Shown piece after piece: positions 17,193 through 26,145 of a stretch of DNA of 64,000 nt. A model generated the notes under the pieces. That model had not been told where the DNA came from. It saw only the letters and a program-made list of their open reading frames with translations, and searched no databases. The stretch's first letter is position 1, and each line of letters opens with the position of its first letter. Source of the stretch: a virus (Duplodnaviria > Caudoviricetes); IMG/VR virus record IMGVR_UViG_3300012979_000027, positions 32,001-96,000 of that record. One strand, given 5' to 3'. The position numbers and the translations under genes were made by a program.

Positions 17193-17462
17193 TTAATCAA
17201 TAGCCTTTACCTGGCTAAGCATACCAAACCATTCACAATTCTCATCATTGAATCGGAACATATCATTAAACTTATTAACGAAGACACCACCTTCAATAAT
17301 AGACTTTGGAAATGAGACATCATCTTCACGATTACCGTTATGAAGGAAAATAAACTCTTCGTCATCATCTTGTATACTCATATATGCCCCAGCATAATCA
17401 ACAGCGGTAGCTTTGTTAAAAAGCTCCATAAACTTCTTAGCAGAAATAAGTCGGTCGTTCAT
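17193..17462 (-). CDS. early protein, distant paralog of 9440/11124
   Basis: LISAKKFMELFNKA N-terminus; promoter. Confidence 0.75.
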   Translation of the reverse strand: MNDRLISAKKFMELFNKATAVDYAGAYMSIQDDDEEFIFLHNGNREDDVSFPKSIIEGGVFVNKFNDMFRFNDENCEWFGMLSQVKAID

Positions 17463-17486
17463 GTTTTTAATATACTAAAGTTCTGT

Positions 17487-17666
17487 TTAATTTGAAAGCT
17501 TTTTCAAACTTCGGCGAAGACTTATGTAAAGAGATTTCGGAAATGGAGTTAACTTTATTCTATCAAAAAAGTAATCTTCTTGAAGCGGATAATTAGTTTC
17601 TCGCCTATATTCATTTTTAAGAGACAACTTTTTAATCTCTCGCTCTTTATAATACTTCTTTTTCAT
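17487..17666 (-). CDS. small basic protein (start MKKKYY)
   Basis: TAATG coupling to upstream gene. Confidence 0.6.
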   Translation of the reverse strand: MKKKYYKEREIKKLSLKNEYRRETNYPLQEDYFFDRIKLTPFPKSLYISLRRSLKKLSN

Positions 17667-17857
17667 TATATACCCCATCGTTGCCACCCCGTTTGGTGGT
17701 CAGCATATTCTCGCTGCGCTTCCTTAATAGCTTGTCGACGAATCTGGTCCGCCATTGTACAAGTAATGAGACTTCCCGCATTTACCGCTTCTTGCCATTT
17801 ACGAAGGAAGATTTTATCAACGAGATTCTCAAATCGCTTATCGTTATCCGTTTCCAT
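17666..17857 (-). CDS. hypothetical protein
   Basis: TAATG coupling. Confidence 0.7.
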   Translation of the reverse strand: METDNDKRFENLVDKIFLRKWQEAVNAGSLITCTMADQIRRQAIKEAQREYADHQTGWQRWGI

Positions 17858-17988
17858 TACTTTATAAGACTAATACGAACCTCATCACTCACTCCTTCTT
17901 TTTCCCAAGCAGTTTCACGCTCCTTTATAATTGCATTTGCCCGCTGAATACGGGCTTCCATCAGATTTTGATTACTAAGTACGTTCAT
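17857..17988 (-). CDS. small protein MNVLSNQ...
   Basis: 43-aa ORF after motif promoter. Confidence 0.65.
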   Translation of the reverse strand: MNVLSNQNLMEARIQRANAIIKERETAWEKEGVSDEVRISLIK

Positions 17989-18024
17989 GCTTTTATATTA
18001 GCTTAGTTCTGTATTTATATTCAG

Positions 18025-18159
18025 CTAGAACATTACTTCCGCACCCTTTGCAGTTACTTCTATTACTTCATAACGATGACCGAAAGCCTTTATCTCTTCT
18101 AACTTTTCAAAAGAATAATCAAATGATTCTCCTAATGTATAATCCAATATATATTTCAT
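18025..18159 (-). CDS. small protein MKYILDY...
   Basis: 44-aa ORF. Confidence 0.5.
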   Translation of the reverse strand: MKYILDYTLGESFDYSFEKLEEIKAFGHRYEVIEVTAKGAEVMF

Positions 18160-18253
18160 GATTTATTAAAACGCAAAGCCCGTTGGCCGGAAAGGAGGAA
18201 AGTGACCAACGGGCTTGTCCTTCACACGGATGAAAACTTTAATTATGTAATAC

Positions 18254-18345
18254 TTAATTAACGTTAATTAATTCAGTGCGGCTAACCATTTTAGTTGAAC
18301 AAGATTGTTTCAGATAAACGAGTTTATTTCAGACAAACAAAACTA
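18254..18345. repeat. TTAATTAA cluster plus 3 x 19-bp direct repeats (copy 2)
   Basis: attttagttgaacaagatt / gtttcagataaacgagttt / atttcagacaaacaaaact. Confidence 0.8.
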
Positions 18346-18561
18346 TTATTCAAACGGTATAAACGGTTTCGATTCAGAAGCCATCTTCATATAATGAAGA
18401 CGCTCCACTGGATTAGGATAAACTACTTCCCATGCTTCATTAACATAAGCATTTGTATATCGAACATCAAGCAAAAGCTGAGCAATATATTTGCGGAGTT
18501 CACCATGAGTGAAACAATTCTCAAACTTATCAATAATGTCTTGAAGTGGAAGGTTGTTCAT
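18346..18561 (-). CDS. hypothetical protein
   Basis: ORF in array. Confidence 0.7.
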   Translation of the reverse strand: MNNLPLQDIIDKFENCFTHGELRKYIAQLLLDVRYTNAYVNEAWEVVYPNPVERLHYMKMASESKPFIPFE

Positions 18562-18563
18562 GT

Positions 18564-18863
18564 TTATAAATTATAGAAGTTCTGATTGTAGTTGCAGCTA
18601 TGATATTGAAGTTCCATATATCCTCGATAACGATAAAGTAAATTAAGATGACGAATTACATATTCATGATAAGAATGGTCATGTGGAAAATTATAGTGAC
18701 ACTTTCTATTTTCATCTTGAAGTACCCTTTCCCAATAAGAAATCCAGAGGGAAAGTTCAGAATGATTTAAGGAACTATACCAAGAAGGTGGAGGTAATTG
18801 GTATCGAGGAACTGAACAAGATACCAATAATAACGCGAAAATTAATAGGCAGAGTTTTGCCAT
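18564..18863 (-). CDS. putative lipoprotein
   Basis: Signal peptide MAKLCLLIFALLLVSC with lipobox. Confidence 0.6.
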   Translation of the reverse strand: MAKLCLLIFALLLVSCSVPRYQLPPPSWYSSLNHSELSLWISYWERVLQDENRKCHYNFPHDHSYHEYVIRHLNLLYRYRGYMELQYHSCNYNQNFYNL

Positions 18864-19096
18864 GTAGATTCGCCGAGTAAAACTGCCATGCGGATGGGAA
18901 TATACAAATCGCGTTCCTCGAGATTCAAAGTAATTGCCATCTTCTTTACGAGAATAGTTGTATTGAATTCGTCTGAAAGATTCTTATCATACAGATGAAC
19001 TTCACGATGATAAAGGAAATTACCATCTTCACCATATACATCGCAACGGAAAATACTAACATTACGATTAGGAATAGTAAACTTGTATATATACAT
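18842..19096 (-). CDS. hypothetical early protein
   Basis: ORF after motif promoter. Confidence 0.75.
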   Translation of the reverse strand: MYIYKFTIPNRNVSIFRCDVYGEDGNFLYHREVHLYDKNLSDEFNTTILVKKMAITLNLEERDLYIPIRMAVLLGESTWQNSAY

Positions 19097-19286
19097 GATT
19101 TTATGCTATCTTAGTTCTGAGTCAGTACTCAAGCAATTTTTAATTTTCAATGCGCGATTATTATAACTTTGTCCTGTATCATGCATATTCTTTATTATCA
19201 ATATATTATAAAAATATCTTATTACATCGTCATAACTATGTTTTATACTCACTTCCTTTTTATATAAAAATAGCTTCCGTGTATCT

Positions 19287-19309
19287 CAGAACAACGTTAA
19301 AATATTATT
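19287..19309 (+). promoter_or_regulatory. Early promoter, divergent plus-strand unit
   Basis: CAGAAC AACGT TAAAAT ATTATT GTG. Confidence 0.75.
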
Positions 19310-19618
19310 GTGAATAAAAATTATCATTTCAAAAATCTTTGGAAAATGATGGAAGAACGCGGTTTAACAAAAGGTGATAACCGTATTTTAATTGCCAAAA
19401 ATGAATCAGACGAGCTTGCATATTTGCAAGGACTTGGTATTTTTATTTTACAGATTCGTCGTGAAAGAACTCAGCGTATTTTTATCACACAACATATCAC
19501 AATGCCCGCTGCGTTTAGTTTAGTTCTTCATGAATATAATGAGAAACCTCCGTATCTTGAAATTAACGTTGGCTCTTATTGTTCAATGATGCACTTTGTC
19601 TGGGAGACAGAACAATAA
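19310..19618 (+). CDS. hypothetical early protein (GTG start)
   Basis: Start at leaderless position. Confidence 0.75.
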   Translation: MNKNYHFKNLWKMMEERGLTKGDNRILIAKNESDELAYLQGLGIFILQIRRERTQRIFITQHITMPAAFSLVLHEYNEKPPYLEINVGSYCSMMHFVWETEQ

Positions 19619-19630
19619 TACATTTTAAGT

Positions 19631-20068
19631 ATGAACACGACAATTCTTGAAAAGAGAACAGTTAATGATGTTACTGTAATTCTTGCTCTTACTAAACTTT
19701 ATGACCAGCCTTTTCGTAAAACATATCAAGAAGATATTTCTCGAAAAGCTCGTCGTGGAGGTGTAAAATTTGGTTATTTTATTTATATTTTTTCAGGTGA
19801 TAACTGTGGTATTTTTGAAAAGTCTTTTTATTTTCGTATTTTGACTTACCGCAAAGCTAAAAAGTTCTTTGAAATCTGTTATGCAAATGCTAAGCATACA
19901 TCTTTGCATAATGGTTATATTCTTCCACTGTGGGAAAAGTGTTTGTGTGATTCAAAGATTTATGAATCTCGTTCTCATATTGATATGATTAAGTTCTTTG
20001 GCAATAAAGATCATTTTCCTAGTTTTTATGATTTTCTTAGAGAAAATAAATTGATTCAAAACGACTAA
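19631..20068 (+). CDS. hypothetical early protein
   Basis: ACAGAAC AATAA TACATT TTAAGT ATG. Confidence 0.8.
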   Translation: MNTTILEKRTVNDVTVILALTKLYDQPFRKTYQEDISRKARRGGVKFGYFIYIFSGDNCGIFEKSFYFRILTYRKAKKFFEICYANAKHTSLHNGYILPLWEKCLCDSKIYESRSHIDMIKFFGNKDHFPSFYDFLRENKLIQND

Positions 20069-20107
20069 ACCATTTTATACAAACAAAACTATTATAAACA
20101 CAAAATT

Positions 20108-20623
20108 ATGTTTAAGACAATTAAAGGAAATCCCCGACGTGTAGTTCTTCAAAAGTGCTCTCGAAAGAATAATTGGGTAGATATCGGTACATATATTGAT
20201 AGCGAAGGTATTACTTGTAAGAAAGCTTTTGGCCTTATTTCAGGAGCAATACATCTTGAAAATTCCGATATTAAATTCGAGACTCGCTTGAATACAAAAT
20301 ATCGTCTTATTGTTCGTGGTAAAAAGTCTGGCCGAGAGATACTCGTTATGTCTTCATTTAATATGAACCTATTCCGTTCTCTTTATGAAAGAAGCAAAGA
20401 TTCTCGATATATTATTTTGGTAGATGGTAAGACTCTTTATAGCAATTCATCTAATCCTTATATGACATCTATCCAAAAGCTAATGGAATGGACCTGGGAG
20501 CATGGTGGTATTTTTAAGGGAAATGGTCGTACTCTTTGCAAAGAAGATGGAAATCTGTTTACTTGGGATGTAGAGTTTATGGACGGTGAAAAGCATACTT
20601 TCAGCTATCTTTATACTCGATGA
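20108..20623 (+). CDS. hypothetical protein
   Basis: ORF, operon context. Confidence 0.8.
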   Translation: MFKTIKGNPRRVVLQKCSRKNNWVDIGTYIDSEGITCKKAFGLISGAIHLENSDIKFETRLNTKYRLIVRGKKSGREILVMSSFNMNLFRSLYERSKDSRYIILVDGKTLYSNSSNPYMTSIQKLMEWTWEHGGIFKGNGRTLCKEDGNLFTWDVEFMDGEKHTFSYLYTR

Positions 20624-20970
20624 TTTACGTAGCTTATCCACCTACGTTAACCCGTAATTTTGAAGGAGAGACGGACATAGTTCCGTCTTTTTTCACTGAA
20701 TTATATATTGATGAATCTAATGAAAGTGGAAAAGATATTTTAGAATCGATACGAGATGCATCGTTTCAGATTTTGCAATCACATAAGTATCATTCTATCG
20801 TTAATTTCATGGTTCATCAAATTGGAGAGGACTTAGCTAATATACATTTTCAGGTTCCGAAATATGCAATAGATATGGACCGTATGGAACCGGATTCCAG
20901 ATTAATAAGCTATTTTGGAACGGTTCGATTCTTTCAGTCAAACGAAACTCTTTCAGATATACAAAACTAA
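20620..20970 (+). CDS. hypothetical protein
   Basis: ATGA overlap. Confidence 0.75.
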   Translation: MIYVAYPPTLTRNFEGETDIVPSFFTELYIDESNESGKDILESIRDASFQILQSHKYHSIVNFMVHQIGEDLANIHFQVPKYAIDMDRMEPDSRLISYFGTVRFFQSNETLSDIQN

Positions 20971-20971
20971 A

Positions 20972-21295
20972 ATGGACAAATATATCGGCGAACCGTGTTA
21001 CGCGGAGATTAATATCTATAATTGGAAACCTGAGAAGCATAAAAAGATTTTTGAGGTTTTCAAGCGTCAAGGAGAAGACCATTATATTGAGTCAAGAGAT
21101 GCAACTTGTTGGTATATAGTACCTAAGGAAGATGGTATCTATACACAAGATTTTACTAAACGACTTTACAATATGTGTAATACATCTTTACACAATATAA
21201 ATGTTGCGGCCTCTTATAAGATACATTTTGCTTCCTCTTGGGAAGATATCGAGGACGATGTTGTCAGAAAGAAGGTTAAACACTTATACAAATAA
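20972..21295 (+). CDS. hypothetical protein (start MDKYIG)
   Basis: ATG 1 nt after upstream stop. Confidence 0.75.
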   Translation: MDKYIGEPCYAEINIYNWKPEKHKKIFEVFKRQGEDHYIESRDATCWYIVPKEDGIYTQDFTKRLYNMCNTSLHNINVAASYKIHFASSWEDIEDDVVRKKVKHLYK

Positions 21296-21297
21296 TT

Positions 21298-21648
21298 ATG
21301 TATTCTATATCTATATTTGCATATTTGTTAATAATTTATTCAACTGTAGTAGCTATTGTAGCTTCTAGTTTAATAGTGGCTGTTAGGGATGTTGCAAATC
21401 GAACCTATTGGGAAGATGATGATTATCATAAAATTAAAATAGCGAAGAGATTTCTTTATTCATTAGTTATAACGATTCCTGCTGCTGTTGTTCTCACTAA
21501 AATTGTTAATGAAGATGCAAAAAATCACCCAGTTGATATTACGCATGATTATAACATTCAACTTAACGATGTTCCAGTGCGATATAATCCTAAAATAATT
21601 CTCTCCGATAAAGATACCGGAGAGATTGTTGAAGAAATTAAAATTTAA
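21298..21648 (+). CDS. membrane protein, 2 predicted TM helices
   Basis: Two hydrophobic stretches. Confidence 0.7.
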   Translation: MYSISIFAYLLIIYSTVVAIVASSLIVAVRDVANRTYWEDDDYHKIKIAKRFLYSLVITIPAAVVLTKIVNEDAKNHPVDITHDYNIQLNDVPVRYNPKIILSDKDTGEIVEEIKI

Positions 21649-22111
21649 TCAAACGGTAATAACCATTGGTTCCGAATTTCCAGGGAAGTCCGACTGTAAT
21701 TAAACCCCAATAATATAACTTTGGAAAAAGAATTCTCTTGAAATAACTTTCTGAATTTTTATAAAGTTTGGAAAGATGAAATTTGAAAATCTTATCGGCT
21801 TCAAAAAGAGAAAACGGAACTTCGATTTTATCGGGATTTTTCTTTGCATTATAAAGAACGTCATGAAGTAAAGAGGCTTCTAAAGTGCATTCATCTTCAT
21901 AATATTTCCCGATGACTGTGCTGCCGTCCCACATATAGCCTTCTTTTATAATAAGAATATTATTATGACAAATGGCAACTGGTTCCTTTGAGATAGGGTC
22001 CATCAGTTGCCATTTTCCTAAATTTTTCTTTAAATTAAAGATAACTTCTTCGTTTAAACGAAACTTAAAATCTGTTTTAGAAGAGTATATTATATATTGA
22101 TACTTAAACAC
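21638..22111 (-). CDS. DUF1353-like protein
   Basis: GYxWDGST..ASLLHDVLY..ADKIF motifs. Confidence 0.65.
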   Translation of the reverse strand: MFKYQYIIYSSKTDFKFRLNEEVIFNLKKNLGKWQLMDPISKEPVAICHNNILIIKEGYMWDGSTVIGKYYEDECTLEASLLHDVLYNAKKNPDKIEVPFSLFEADKIFKFHLSKLYKNSESYFKRILFPKLYYWGLITVGLPWKFGTNGYYRLIKF

Positions 22112-22229
22112 TAAATGTATTTAGTTCTGAGATATTTTAATCCCAAGTAATCCTCTTAAAATAATTTTCTCGGTTGTTATTTGAGGAGTTTCTTAAAATC
22201 AATTTATACGTTATTTTGGTTTAACCATT

Positions 22230-22856
22230 TTATTGAATTTCAAATTTAATTTTCTCAACTTCATCAACGGTTGTAGCAGCGTTAATTATATCTTCTAACT
22301 TTTGTTGATAACCAACGAGACGATATGCATGTTTATTCATCATATTGGAAGCATAAGTAATTTTCTCCATTTGTTCTTCCAAAGAAATGCCGCGAACGGT
22401 TGCCAAAGCTTTTACCCATTGCGCATCATATTCCTGAGAATCGATATTTTCTATAAGAAGTTTTACTCCGTTTTCCTGTCTTGCCCATGTTTCCATTTCA
22501 GCATCAGAGAAACCTGTTTTTAATTGTTTCATGTAAGAGTTTGTAGCATTACGGATTTCATTCAACTTTTGTTCCTTTGCAACCTCTAACTTAATTGTCC
22601 AATTTTCAGTTGTACTATCCCAAACATAATCTGAGCCAGGATATGTATTTTCTGTATAAAATGTTTTATATTGTCCCCATTTAGCGGGGTCTATATATTT
22701 CAATGTTCCATCGGATTTCTTCCAAGCTTTGATTCTTTCTTCAAATCCATGTTTCTTCATCATAGAAGGAAACTTATTGAAGTTAGAAATGTTTTTATAA
22801 TTCTTTGGAGCTTCAACGATTCTACCATCTTCTAATTCTTTAACAAATATACTCAT
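22230..22856 (-). CDS. tail fibre assembly/chaperone-like protein (DUF4376-like)
   Basis: AKEQKLNEI..ExETWxxQ..INAATTVDEV motifs. Confidence 0.65.
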   Translation of the reverse strand: MSIFVKELEDGRIVEAPKNYKNISNFNKFPSMMKKHGFEERIKAWKKSDGTLKYIDPAKWGQYKTFYTENTYPGSDYVWDSTTENWTIKLEVAKEQKLNEIRNATNSYMKQLKTGFSDAEMETWARQENGVKLLIENIDSQEYDAQWVKALATVRGISLEEQMEKITYASNMMNKHAYRLVGYQQKLEDIINAATTVDEVEKIKFEIQ

Positions 22857-22859
22857 AAC

Positions 22860-23417
22860 TTATCCTTCTATTTTTACTGCCACATTGCCAATAATTAAAT
22901 CCTTTGCAAATCGTTGGAAAGCTAATACGTAGAAATATCCGGCCTGGATATCCGGAATTCCATAAAGCCATTTAATTGGTTGGGTTGGCCAAATAATACC
23001 AACATTTACTGTATCATCTAATTCTCTCAAATCAACAACCAGATAACGACAAACCAATTTAGAACCCATCTCATTTGGAATATCAAATTTTATTTCTAGA
23101 ACCTTGCCATCTTCATTTGAAACCAAATCGTTGTGAGATGAGATAAGATATCTGTTGTTATAGTTATCAGCAAAACTCAATGTAATATCATTGAATTCTA
23201 CTTCGTCATAAGATTCCGAACCAGCGTCAGTTCCTTCTACTTCTTCATCCAGTACGGTGAGTTCTTTAATAGTAAGGTTTTCAATATATCCTGTCTTTGC
23301 CTGAATATTATCTATATTGTCTAATGATAGACTTTTAAGTTTTACTTCATTTGCTATTAGAAGCGGGGTGGAAACCTGCGCCTGATTAATAACTGTTTGT
23401 GTTATCGGATCAATCAT
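22860..23417 (-). CDS. tail fibre-associated protein
   Basis: C-terminal WP..KW..G.P domain similar to the small cassette proteins upstream. Confidence 0.6.
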   Translation of the reverse strand: MIDPITQTVINQAQVSTPLLIANEVKLKSLSLDNIDNIQAKTGYIENLTIKELTVLDEEVEGTDAGSESYDEVEFNDITLSFADNYNNRYLISSHNDLVSNEDGKVLEIKFDIPNEMGSKLVCRYLVVDLRELDDTVNVGIIWPTQPIKWLYGIPDIQAGYFYVLAFQRFAKDLIIGNVAVKIEG

Positions 23418-23593
23418 TTTTGTAATAATTATTTAAGGAAAATAATAAGGATTAAAAAGATAAAAATTAAATATAAAGTAATCATTAAATTAAACAAATA
23501 TGGATTGATTTCCAGTCGATTAATTGAACCAGAAAATACCTTTGTGGATGAAGGAGGTACATCCAAATAACTTGCCACATTGAGTTTTTTAAT

Positions 23594-26077
23594 TTATTCT
23601 TTTATATCTTCGTTAGTGTAAGAGCCCAACTTATTGCCAATTATTGCGAAAGTTCCGAATCCTTCATAAGTTCCTTCAAAATCATTATTATACAGGAACT
23701 CTCCTTCACCATCATTATAATATGCAACATTGTTGATGAGGTCGTACATACAAGGTTTTAATTTAAGTTCATCAAATGCTGGAACGTAATCTCTCATTAT
23801 TTCTTCTCCTTCGGAAATCTTGGCACGATAAATTCTCCACGAACCATCTGGTAAGAGAGATTTATCATAAACGGGATTTATATTAAACAAATATAAATCT
23901 TCTGTTGGTGTAAATGATAAGGATGTAGTTATATTTGCTGTTTTATCTGCAAAGAGGGGAGAAGCGACCAAAACTTTTTTAGAATTAAGCCAATTCATCC
24001 ATCCTTCATATTTGGTATTAAATGTTCCGCCTAAATCTGGAGTATTGTTCCATCCATAACACACAGTATAAAAAGTAGTAACTCTTGGAGCAGCAAAATA
24101 AGTATTATCTGCATTTGTTTGTCGAAGACCCAAACATATTCCACCCTTTCCTATAATTTTTCCAGTCTGATATGCCTCTACATAAAGACCTGTATTTTCA
24201 GTAGGAATGTGACCAGTTTTGATATATTGTTTTCCGAATGATTCGAGATATTTTAATTTAACAAAATCACTGGGCAAAGAATGTTCAACACAATATGTAA
24301 AATCATTTCCAGTTCCTTGATTATAAAACGGTGTTTGTGATACCAAATCGAACATACACGGTTTTTTATTCTCATCTAAACAAGGAACAAAATCTCTTAC
24401 TAATGTGTCTCCTTGTGTAATTTGAGCACGGAATATTTTTCCTTGCCAATTGCCATAGTCATTATTATATGAGCCTCTACTATTATAAGTGAACAACCAA
24501 ATAGGCTGGACAAAATTACCCAATGTTTTAGTTAATGTATTGAGATAATTTATATGTTTTGATGAATAATAAACATATCTATTATTATAAAGATTTAATG
24601 ATGAATAAAATTCTCTATCGGGAGTTCTATTATATAATATTGTTCCAGAATCTGTATTCCAACTATAATACATTTGGCCATTAGTTGTATTTCTAAAAGT
24701 GAGAGGTGCATATCTGCAACCCGCAGTATCTTCTATAGAACCCGCATACTTCGTCTCACCTGAGCCAAGGCTTGTCAATTCTCCTTTTATAGATAAACCA
24801 GTCTCATCATTTGGAACAATTCCCGTATTGATATATTGTTTATCATCGCTTTGAAGATAGACACATCTTGTATATCCTGCAGGAAGATTATAATCTTTAT
24901 TAATATAAGGAATTTCTATATTTTTTGGAATAATGAAATTATTAGAGAGATTATTCGTATAATGAGCTTTCTTTTCAATAATATCATACATCATAGGTCT
25001 TCCGATGGGGTCAATCATTGGAATATAATCATGTATAATTTTATCTCCTTCAGAAATTTTTGCTCGATAAATTTTACCAATCCATGGTGAACTATTACTT
25101 CCATTATTATTTGAACCAAAAAGATATACAGAATACGAGGGAATTGCTTTAAATTCCGTTAAATCTTTAGAAGTAACAAGTGAATTATCAATATAGATAT
25201 TAGCTTTTAAATTATTAAGGAAATTGGTTTCTGCTATATAACGTCTTCCAGCTCCGAGAGTTTCAAATGATATCCAGCTATTCCAATAACATCCTGTGGT
25301 GTTTCCATTTGTTCCTGGAAGACGAATAGCTGTCATTGAATTGTTATTTCCATTTGGGCCACTACCCATTACATGTCTATCGCCTTCATATAACGCCTGT
25401 GCTTCTACCCAGAAACCTGTATTTTTATTAGGGATATAGCCGGTATCTATACGTTGATTTCCATTACTAATAAGATAAGGGATTGGTTTATAATCTTCTT
25501 CAGAATATGGCCATAAGAAACTCCCTGTTCCAGCGTTATAAAATGGTTTTTGAGAAACCAAATCATACATACATGGAACGTTGTAGTTATCTACACACGG
25601 AATTAAATCATACACAAGTTCATCATTGACATATAATTTCCAATTCTTTTTTAGTGATTTTTGATAATGATTAGTATTATATGTTCTATATGCATTTATA
25701 GTTCCATTCAATACTATTGAAGATGAATTATAAGTCTGTGATTGAATTTTGGTATCATCAATATATAGACCCGTATCATTTTGGCTATGTATCAATCTAA
25801 AATTGTGCCATTCTGTATCAGCAGTTGTCGAAGATGTACTAAAACTGCCAGCACCACAATACCATTTTCCGTCTCTAATACCATAAAAGAAATATGGATT
25901 ACCATTTTTACCTTCTGACTGATTTGAAGTATCTGAAAATTTGCTTTCGGTTTCTAAAACTATTTTATCACCCACATTTGTCGTAATTGGCAAATTTAGC
26001 CATTGACTTCCAGAACTTTCTAAATATTCAATTCGTCTAAATCCTCCTGGTAAAATAATCTGTTCCTCTTCGCTCAT
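23594..26077 (-). CDS. adhesin with four tandem ~200-aa lectin/LamG-like domains
   Basis: Repeated YLxSxGxQxIxTG...RAKISEG..RDFIP..CMYDLV..FYNxGxGxF. Confidence 0.75.
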   Translation of the reverse strand: MSEEEQIILPGGFRRIEYLESSGSQWLNLPITTNVGDKIVLETESKFSDTSNQSEGKNGNPYFFYGIRDGKWYCGAGSFSTSSTTADTEWHNFRLIHSQNDTGLYIDDTKIQSQTYNSSSIVLNGTINAYRTYNTNHYQKSLKKNWKLYVNDELVYDLIPCVDNYNVPCMYDLVSQKPFYNAGTGSFLWPYSEEDYKPIPYLISNGNQRIDTGYIPNKNTGFWVEAQALYEGDRHVMGSGPNGNNNSMTAIRLPGTNGNTTGCYWNSWISFETLGAGRRYIAETNFLNNLKANIYIDNSLVTSKDLTEFKAIPSYSVYLFGSNNNGSNSSPWIGKIYRAKISEGDKIIHDYIPMIDPIGRPMMYDIIEKKAHYTNNLSNNFIIPKNIEIPYINKDYNLPAGYTRCVYLQSDDKQYINTGIVPNDETGLSIKGELTSLGSGETKYAGSIEDTAGCRYAPLTFRNTTNGQMYYSWNTDSGTILYNRTPDREFYSSLNLYNNRYVYYSSKHINYLNTLTKTLGNFVQPIWLFTYNSRGSYNNDYGNWQGKIFRAQITQGDTLVRDFVPCLDENKKPCMFDLVSQTPFYNQGTGNDFTYCVEHSLPSDFVKLKYLESFGKQYIKTGHIPTENTGLYVEAYQTGKIIGKGGICLGLRQTNADNTYFAAPRVTTFYTVCYGWNNTPDLGGTFNTKYEGWMNWLNSKKVLVASPLFADKTANITTSLSFTPTEDLYLFNINPVYDKSLLPDGSWRIYRAKISEGEEIMRDYVPAFDELKLKPCMYDLINNVAYYNDGEGEFLYNNDFEGTYEGFGTFAIIGNKLGSYTNEDIKE

Positions 26078-26099
26078 CGTTAAGATTATTTAAAAGAAA

Positions 26100-26121
26100 A
26101 AGACATCCTTTTGGATGTCTT
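26100..26121 (-). terminator. Intrinsic terminator
   Basis: AAGACATCC-tttt-GGATGTCTT hairpin with T-run on minus strand. Confidence 0.6.
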
Positions 26122-26145
26122 AATTTTTAATTATAAAATGAAATT

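Larger units (their letters stand above)
2050..19120 (-). promoter_or_regulatory. Family of ~40 early promoters ACAGAAC-N5-TATAAT-N6-ATG (leaderless); example at 2050-2073
   Basis: Motif (plus strand attata-N5-gttctgt) lies immediately upstream of most small genes. Confidence 0.9.

Noticed and set aside
5040-18345. CRISPR array or integron attC array
   Set aside because: The 19-bp repeats are contiguous with no spacers; the promoter repeats are separated by whole genes and lack attC-type palindromes; no cas or integrase gene seen.
2448-18880. Numerous plus-strand and alternate-frame ORFs in the early region
   Set aside because: Shadows of promoter-supported minus-strand genes; no promoters of their own.
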